Source: Candidatus Kaiserbacteria bacterium (lineage in GTDB: Bacteria > Patescibacteriota > Minisyncoccia > Phycocordibacterales > UBA918). Taken from it: DNA of 64,000 nt. The notes beneath the pieces were generated by a model. It was given only the letters and a program-made list of their open reading frames with translations. It made no database searches and had not been told where the DNA came from. A program made the position numbers and the translations under genes. This document shows positions 57,750 through 64,000 of this stretch, in pieces; position 1 is the stretch's first letter; every line of letters starts with the position of its first letter. The stretch spans positions 448,317-512,316 of the forward strand of contig CP064968.1 of assembly GCA_016699245.1 (NCBI GenBank), written 5' to 3'.

Positions 57750-59176
57750 ATGAAGAAGTGTTTTAACTCAAAAACTAAAATCGTCGCGACGCTCGGGCCT
57801 AATTCCACAGACGTAAAAGTAATCGAAAAGATGATTCTTTCGGGACTTAATGTGGCACGTATCAATATGAGCCATGGTGATTATACCGAGCATGCGCTCA
57901 AGATTAAAAATGCGCGCGCCGCTGCCGCAACTCTGAAACGACCACTTGCAATTCTTCAGGACCTCTCTGGCCCGAAAATTCGCATCGGTGACTTTGCAAC
58001 GGAGACGGTGACGCTCGTCCCCGGAGAAAAAATTACGCTCACCACAGAAAAATGCGTGGGGACGGTGTCTCGTGTATCACTCAACTACGCAAAACTTCCC
58101 AAGGAAGTAGAGCCCGGAATGGCGATTTTCCTCAATGATGGCAAATTAAAACTTGTGGTTGACTCATGCACCGACACCGAAATAGTAACCACTATCATTC
58201 ACGGAGGCACGATTCGCGGACGACGCGGAGTGAATGTACCCGATGCAAATCTCTCTATCTCTTCTCTCACACCAAAAGACAAAAAGATCTCGTGTGGGGA
58301 CTCACACAGAATCCTGACTTTGTTACTCTTTCCTTTGTGCGAAATGCAGCAGACATTCATCTGCTTCGAAAACTCATTAACAAGGACAAGAAACGACAAA
58401 TCATGATTGTTGCAAAAATTGAGACGAAGTATGCTATCGAAAACTTGCAGGAAATTATCGATGCAACCGATGCAGTGATGGTAGCTCGTGGCGACCTTGC
58501 TATTGAAGTTCCTCCAGAAAAGGTACCTCTTCTCCAAAAGCGCATCATTCGTGCTGCAAACCTTGCAGGAAAGCCAGTCATTACTGCCACACAGATGCTC
58601 GACTCAATGAAGACAGAGGCAACACCTACGCGTGCTGAAGTAAGCGATATCGCAAACGCAATCCTCGATGGTACTGATGCCATCATGCTTTCTGATGAAA
58701 CCGCAATCGGTGTTCATCCTGAGCGTCCTGTGGAGGTAATGTCACGAGTTGCGCGTGAAGTAGAGACAGATGCATTCTTTAGCGAACGAATGACCCAGTG
58801 GGAATTCAAAGCAAAAGAGACGTACGAGGCACTTGGAAAGTCGGTTGCAAAGACAGTTATCACCACCGATGCAAAGGCTATTGTAACCTTTAGTGAAAGT
58901 GGTCTCACAAGCCGTATGGTAGCAAGATACAAGCCGATTGTGCCAATCTTTGTACTCACACCCAACAAGGCAGCATATGCTCAGAGTCTTATATCTTTCG
59001 GATGTGAACCAGTACTTATTCATAAAGTACAGAATCTCGCTGATGCGCAAAAGGTGGCGCGTAAGGTACTCTCTGAGTACAATGTCGCGACTAAGGGGGA
59101 TGTGTTTGTACTCGGCGCGGGAATTCCCTTTGGAAGTTCTGGTGCAACCAATATGATGCTCGTTGAGCGAATCTAA
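57750..59176 (+). CDS. pyk: pyruvate kinase, interrupted by a 1-nt frameshift in the A5 run at 58281-58285
   Basis: KIVATLGP, NMSHG; one extra A restores LTPKDKKDLVWGLTQNPDFVTLSFVR. Confidence 0.85.
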
Positions 59177-59244
59177 GTATCAAAGAACACAGACATGAAA
59201 ATTCCCCCAGAAAACCTTCGGTTTTCTGGGGGAATTTAAAAAAA

Positions 59245-59275
59245 GCCCACGTGATGCGTGTGGGCTTTTATGTTT
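59245..59275. terminator. hairpin AAAGCCCACGTGATGCGTGTGGGCTTTT
   Basis: Read directly. Confidence 0.7.
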
Positions 59276-59285
59276 CCGCTGATTG

Positions 59286-59561
59286 TCAGTGGAATATAAC
59301 GACTGCGCGACGGCCGCGCCGTCCAAAGTGCGAATGTGTACACTTGCGGCGTTCTTTCCCGACCCGATTGTTGATGTGTTCTGGATCCTTCCGGCTGAAC
59401 TCGTGGTGAATACTCTTGCACGAGCAAGCGTATCCACAGCGGTGATTCACGGTTATCTTTGGTTCCGGTGTGGCCTGCTTTTGTGCAGGCTCTGCAGCCG
59501 GTGGATTGGTCTCGTGGCGCGTACCAACGAGACCAGTTTTTCCAGGAATTGCGATAAACAT
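59286..59561 (-). CDS. hypothetical Cys/His-rich small protein (91 aa)
   Basis: ORF track only; overlapping plus-strand ORF is equally possible. Confidence 0.2.
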   Translation of the reverse strand: MFIAIPGKTGLVGTRHETNPPAAEPAQKQATPEPKITVNHRCGYACSCKSIHHEFSRKDPEHINNRVGKERRKCTHSHFGRRGRRAVVIFH

Positions 59562-59657
59562 TTCTTTCTTCTCCTTAAGTAGTTAAACACAAATTACCCT
59601 CTATATTAGAGCACATATTCTTTAATAACACAAGTTTTTTAAGTGAAATGTGATGAC

Positions 59658-59697
59658 CCAAGGTTAAACCTCGGGCTAGCCCGAGGTTTAACCTTGG
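59658..59697. terminator. palindrome CCAAGGTTAAACCTCGGG-CTAG-CCCGAGGTTTAACCTTGG (copy of 56541-56576)
   Basis: Read directly. Confidence 0.75.
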
Positions 59698-59707
59698 TCT
59701 GGATATA

Positions 59708-61546
59708 CTACTCTGTCAAAAAGCCTCCGGCTTGATGTTCCCAGAGACGGGCGTAGGTGCCTCCAGCATTTGCGAGGGTTTCGTGAGTCCCATCTTCGAT
59801 AATAGCACCGTTTTCGAGGACGACAATTCTATCCATTTCGCGAAGTGTTGAAAGACGATGTGCAATCGCAATCACTGTCTTCCCTTTCATGAGTTCCTGC
59901 AGTGCCTTTTGTATTGCCACTTCGCTTTCACTATCAAGTGCACTCGTAGCCTCGTCGAGAATCAGTATTGGGGAGTTTTTTAAAATAGCCCGAGCAATCG
60001 CAATACGTTGCTTTTGCCCACCCGAGAGTTTCACCCCACGCTCACCCACCAGCGTGTCGTACCCCTCACTGATTGCTGAAATAAAGGTATGTGCCTGAGC
60101 CTTCTCTGCTGCGTTTTCTATTTCTTCTTGTGTAGCTTGGGGCTTGCCATACGCAATATTTTCGCGGATAGAACGGTGAAAGAGGAGTGGCTCCTGAGGC
60201 ACAATGGCGATGTGGTTGCGGAGTGAATCCTGTGTAATCATACTGATGTTTTGTCCATCAATACTGATATTTCCTTCTTGCACTTCGTGTTGACGAAGAA
60301 GAAGTGAGACAAGAGTGGTCTTGCCGGCGCCACTTGTACCCACAAGCCCCACCCGCTCGCCCGAGCGTATGGCGAGAGAAAAATCTTTAAATACCGGTTC
60401 ATTTCCATATGCAAAATGCACATGGTCGCACACTATTGCTCCTTCCCGCACAACAAGTGGCACTGCGCCTTCGGTATCGAGAATCTCGTGGGGCACGATG
60501 ATATCAGTAAGTCCTTCTTCAATTTCTGCATAGCGACGAATAAAACCGTTCATACTCATACCAATAAAGACCAAGGTACTCTGCACATTCATCATGAGTG
60601 TTGCAATCATAATGAGTTCACCCGTGGTGAGTTGTGTACTTATCCAAAGCTTCACCGATATAAAAAGCATCGCAGCCTCAAAGAGCACAATAATGGCATT
60701 ATTGAGCAAAAGCCCCCACTCACTGATGCGCCATTGTTTTATATTGAGACGACGCATCTCGTCGATATGCGCTTCAAAGGCGTTTTTTTCTTCATCCATC
60801 CGCACGTACTGGCGAATGGCGGCCATGTTGGAAATAGCATCCACGGCGTAGCCACGTGCTCTTGTTGCCTGTGCCGAAAACTCCACCACATGCGGGCGTC
60901 GAAGGCGCGCAAGCACGATATTGAGCGGCACGAGAATTACAATGAGTCCGATGAAGATAAAGGCGATAGTCGGACTCGAAAACCAGATAAATCCCACCGT
61001 AAAAATAAGTCCGAGAACTGAGGGGACGTAACTCCACATAAATGCCTCAAAAAGCGACTGTACCCCCTCACTCGCATGACTTATCTTGCTTGAGAGGGAG
61101 CCAGCAAATCGATCGGCAAAGTACGCGTGGCTGTGGTGCGCGAGGTACCCGAAGAGTGTCTTGTACGCAGTGGCGTTTGCGCGACTTGCCCACTCCATAC
61201 CAATAAAACCACTCAAGCGCCATGAGACAAATGTGAGTGCGGTCATGAGTGGAAAAAGAATCACCACGAGCCAGATGTCGGTCTGCACTGCTTCGCCGCG
61301 CCCTATCTCGCCCGCCGTATCAATAAACATCTTGAAAATATACGGAATACTCGTACCCGCGAGTTCCGCCACAAAAATCACGAGGAGTACACCAAAAAGC
61401 CACTTCGCGTGCGCGTGCGAGACATGCTTCATGAAAGCAAACGGCCGACTCAAAGCCAGCTTCATTTCTATTTCTTTCGTTTCGGTATGCATAATTATAT
61501 CTGACGTAGTATACCTGTCTTTCTTGCAAGAAAAAACCGGCGACAC
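59708..61546 (-). CDS. ABC transporter permease/ATP-binding fusion protein (MsbA-like exporter)
   Basis: 6-TM domain plus Walker A GTSGAGKTT, LSGGQ, Walker B ILILDEATS; the true start may be an internal Met. Confidence 0.85.
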   Translation of the reverse strand: MSPVFSCKKDRYTTSDIIMHTETKEIEMKLALSRPFAFMKHVSHAHAKWLFGVLLVIFVAELAGTSIPYIFKMFIDTAGEIGRGEAVQTDIWLVVILFPLMTALTFVSWRLSGFIGMEWASRANATAYKTLFGYLAHHSHAYFADRFAGSLSSKISHASEGVQSLFEAFMWSYVPSVLGLIFTVGFIWFSSPTIAFIFIGLIVILVPLNIVLARLRRPHVVEFSAQATRARGYAVDAISNMAAIRQYVRMDEEKNAFEAHIDEMRRLNIKQWRISEWGLLLNNAIIVLFEAAMLFISVKLWISTQLTTGELIMIATLMMNVQSTLVFIGMSMNGFIRRYAEIEEGLTDIIVPHEILDTEGAVPLVVREGAIVCDHVHFAYGNEPVFKDFSLAIRSGERVGLVGTSGAGKTTLVSLLLRQHEVQEGNISIDGQNISMITQDSLRNHIAIVPQEPLLFHRSIRENIAYGKPQATQEEIENAAEKAQAHTFISAISEGYDTLVGERGVKLSGGQKQRIAIARAILKNSPILILDEATSALDSESEVAIQKALQELMKGKTVIAIAHRLSTLREMDRIVVLENGAIIEDGTHETLANAGGTYARLWEHQAGGFLTE

Positions 61547-61579
61547 AGGGTGTCACCGGGATTTGAAGCGCCGTAGCGC

Positions 61580-61906
61580 TTAAATCAGAGATATTTCGTC
61601 AAAAACATTGCCATCGGGTTTTTGTGGAATCCACACACGTTCTGCTGGTGTATCCCCGTGCGGAACTTCGTGAATGAACACTGTCACGCCATTAACCATT
61701 GTCGAAGCGACATGATCGCGATTATGGTGGCGCGGGACAGTGCTGATGAAGTGATTGGGTATATCAATACCTCGCGTTTCACCATGCGAAAGTGGACGAT
61801 TACCGACAGATGCTTCGACACGTTTTTGCACCATGTGCGAGATTGCGCCCCGAGGTACTTGTACCGCATCTGCTGCCATGAAAAAACCCTTCATTGCTTT
61901 TTTCAT
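61580..61906 (-). CDS. hypothetical protein (108 aa)
   Basis: ORF track. Confidence 0.3.
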   Translation of the reverse strand: MKKAMKGFFMAADAVQVPRGAISHMVQKRVEASVGNRPLSHGETRGIDIPNHFISTVPRHHNRDHVASTMVNGVTVFIHEVPHGDTPAERVWIPQKPDGNVFDEISLI

Positions 61907-62037
61907 ACTTTGTTTCTCCTATATGTACACTCTGATAAATTCAGAGACTGGCGGGATTATAACACGTGATATGAAAATGTCCACATGCATACTTAAATCC
62001 CCATCCAAATTCGATATGCTACTATTATCAACATAAT

Positions 62038-62505
62038 TTGATACATATGCGATTTGAAGATACGAGAGCACAAAAAGAATCCGTTGAATCAGAAACACTG
62101 AGACTGGCACATGAATTTTGCGCCCTAGCACACACCACACCAGAGTCTGTCGCAGTCTTTGAACATCTTGAAGAAGATCTCGCTGATGCTGGATTTATTC
62201 TTGCTGAAAAAAATGTGGTTGCTGAAATTTTATTCAATCCCACGCTGCGTGCACGAAGCGAATCATTCACGCGCGCAATAGATCTTGTTCTCGAAGAAAC
62301 TCCTATCACACTGAAAAGCAAAGAAGGTGATGCAAATATGTGCATTATGGCGTCATCTCGTGGTTTTTCAACTGCGATGCAAGAAGGCTTTTCAGGAAAA
62401 GATGTCGAGGGTATGGTAAAGGTAGTTATTTCTTTTTCACCTACACATCTCCATACCGAACATACGATATCCCCCTACTCACGACCTTTGGCGTACAAAG
62501 CCTGA
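62038..62505 (+). CDS. hypothetical protein (155 aa)
   Basis: ORF track. Confidence 0.3.
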   Translation: MIHMRFEDTRAQKESVESETLRLAHEFCALAHTTPESVAVFEHLEEDLADAGFILAEKNVVAEILFNPTLRARSESFTRAIDLVLEETPITLKSKEGDANMCIMASSRGFSTAMQEGFSGKDVEGMVKVVISFSPTHLHTEHTISPYSRPLAYKA

Positions 62506-62714
62506 TACGGCACAAGTGTCGCGTTCTGGTGAAGGCACTATTCAACCCGAGGACGTACAACTCATTTCATTTCGATTCCCCATAGGTCATTTTCCCGAAC
62601 GATTACTCACTGAAGAAGAGCAGGAACGTCTTGAGGATGCACGTATCAGTTTTATCGTACGACACTACACACGCACAAAATAAAACTCATGCATAAAGTC
62701 ATGCATGAGTTGGG

Positions 62715-62981
62715 CTACTGTACTTCTATGAGTTTTGCGCAATGTGCGCAAAACGGGGTTTCCGGAATAATCTGGAGGCGCTCTTCTTGGATCGGCACCC
62801 CACAGCTCGTGCAAAGGCCATACTGACCTTCTTCGATACGCTTGAGAGCAAAATCAATTCGCGTAACATCGTAATAGGAGTGCGAAAGTGCTTGTTCGCC
62901 ACCCCTTTTGAGAATACGCACCTTCGATTCACGCCGCCGAAAAAGGTTTGCCTTCTTCTGCTCCAAATACTCCTCATTCAA
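62715..62981 (-). CDS. DksA/TraR-family C4 zinc-finger protein
   Basis: CTSCGVPI...CAHC zinc finger with an upstream coiled coil. Confidence 0.6.
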   Translation of the reverse strand: MNEEYLEQKKANLFRRRESKVRILKRGGEQALSHSYYDVTRIDFALKRIEEGQYGLCTSCGVPIQEERLQIIPETPFCAHCAKLIEVQ

Positions 62982-63109
62982 TATTTTCCCCTTTCCATAA
63001 GGAACTATAGAGTTTTATATTATGGCCTATATTAGTATATATGTCAACACTTGTTATGTGGCTTGTTTGCTTGTTTTTGTAGCGGGCTCACGTATACTTG
63101 TAGTTACCC

Positions 63110-63342
63110 GCGCGGTTAGCTCAGCTGGTAGAGTGAGAAATGGGTGAGAAGCGAGTTTACGCAGCTTCGCAAGACCTTGAGCAGTCTCTGCGAAAGGTGT
63201 ACAGCGACTGTAAGTCGGGGACCCATTTCGCAAGAGGTTGTCGATATTTTGACGTAAGGAAAAATATCATACAACCTGAACAGGTCCTGTTAAGGACTCA
63301 CATTGAGCGCAAAGGTGAGAAAAAGATACAAATGAATAGTAT
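63110..63342 (+). repeat. tRNA-Val 5' fragment (24 nt, 63110-63133) followed by repeat element copy E (core 63235-63277; CTGTAAG hairpin 63196-63208)
   Basis: GCGCGGTTAGCTCAGCTGGTAGAG is identical to tRNA-Val nt 1-24; then GGTGAGAAGCGAG, TTCGCAAGACCTTGAGCAG and core modules. Confidence 0.6.
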
Positions 63343-63415
63343 GCGCGGTTAGCTCAGCTGGTAGAGCATCACATTGACATTGTGGGGGTCACAGGTTCAA
63401 GTCCTGTATCGCGCA
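63343..63415 (+). tRNA. tRNA-Val (GAC)
   Basis: Acceptor GCGCGGT/ATCGCGC, anticodon stem TCACA/TGTGG, loop TTGACAT, T-arm ACAGGTTCAAGTCCTGT. Confidence 0.75.
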
Positions 63416-63423
63416 CCGAGGGA

Positions 63424-63468
63424 GATTAAAAATGGACCATTCATATGAATGGTCCATTTTTAATCTAG
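63424..63468 (+). terminator. perfect palindrome GATTAAAAATGGACCATTCATATGAATGGTCCATTTTTAATC
   Basis: Read directly. Confidence 0.7.
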
Positions 63469-63534
63469 GAAGCAAAAGGCTTTGCTTCCGGACCTCGGTG
63501 CGAGCCACAGCGATGTTTTTCTTTCTCCTTGAAA

Positions 63535-63617
63535 GAAAAACCGCGAGGCGGGGTCGAGAGTGCTTAGTAAAATAAACACAAAGTGTTTGATTTTACTTAG
63601 CAACTCGTGACCACTGG
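63535..63617 (+). repeat. second copy of the GCGAGGCGGGRTCG / CTTAGTA...ACTTAG repeat (see 43643-43720)
   Basis: Alignable over ~80 nt with substitutions. Confidence 0.5.
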
Positions 63618-64000
63618 GCGCGATACGCCGCAACTGTTGCGGATGCAACAGGAGGACGGACTTTCAATCTTCCTAGGGTTAACCTAGGGAGATTTGTAGC
63701 ACAAACAAATGAGAAAATGAGACAGTAATGAACCCCACCCCAAGATAAATGGGTCTTGTGAACCGTACCCCCTTTTCTCTGACTTCCTTTTCTTCTGAAA
63801 TGTAGTAGTATGTATACATATGAATCAAAAACTTTTGGAAACAAACGAAAGCAACCGTTCGGTTATTTCCGTTCATACAAAACCTGAGACGAGTAAGAGA
63901 CTAGACGCCCTCTCTTTACTCACTCGTCGTTCGAAGTCGTTTCTTGCAAACGATGCTATTGAACGATATCTCGCAGAAGAGGAGGCTTTTGTAGCGTCGG

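Noticed and set aside
63469-63520. SRP-RNA-like motif (minus-strand GAGGTCCGGAAGCAAAGCC resembles the 4.5S domain IV consensus AGGTCCGGAAGGAAGCAGCC)
   Set aside because: The match lacks the invariant GGAAGG-AAGCAGC spacing and is simply one arm of a perfect hairpin GGAAGCAAAAGGCTTTGCTTCC. A chance resemblance is likely. It could be confirmed or refuted with cmsearch using RF00169.

Overview
The gene content suggests a small-genome, Patescibacteria/CPR-like bacterium; this is an inference (the GC content could not be computed here). Cues are a short IF2, the ftsA-ftsZ pair, DUF2339, tandem VirB2/TrbC-like pilins and many small membrane proteins. The code is standard: UGA recoding was checked and rejected.

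Main content, left to right:
- **1-6346 (-):** N-terminal ~6.3 kb of a giant secreted RHS/YD-repeat protein with tandem FN3-like repeats, running off the window start.
- **7.3-20.9 kb:** a GH3 glycosidase broken by a 1-nt A-run indel, DUF2339, a META-domain protein, TauE, clpB, a cysteine desulfurase and infB-rbfA.
- **21.0-23.4 kb:** a tRNA cluster (Cys, Leu-UAG, Leu-UAA, Lys, Leu-CAG).
- **23.8-30.9 kb:** trhO, an SPFH-like/membrane pair, five tandem VirB2-like pilins, a solute-binding protein and a methyltransferase.
- **31.2-46.7 kb:** gyrA, rpsA, pth, lepB, a hisS-like gene, rpsU, ybeY, ftsA, ftsZ, csoR, trxB and a VIT transporter.
- **48.0-55.8 kb:** tRNA-Ser and tRNA-Glu, then an AT-rich island (~48.6-55.8 kb) led by a large serine recombinase whose C-terminus is encoded antisense to tRNA-Glu.
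- **55.9-63.4 kb:** DUF305, a sigma-70 factor, pyruvate kinase broken by a second A-run indel, an ABC exporter, dksA and tRNA-Val.

The most unusual signal is non-coding. A family of structured repeat elements recurs next to tRNA genes: a conserved AGGTTGTCGA...TACAACCT hairpin, compensatory-changing CTGTAAG hairpins, and termini copied from tRNA 3' ends. Two tRNAs (Glu, Val) each have their 5' ~20 nt duplicated about 220 nt upstream across hairpin cassettes. Several palindromic terminator families recur. A ~200-nt poly-G tract at 11.94-12.17 kb is almost certainly an assembly artifact.
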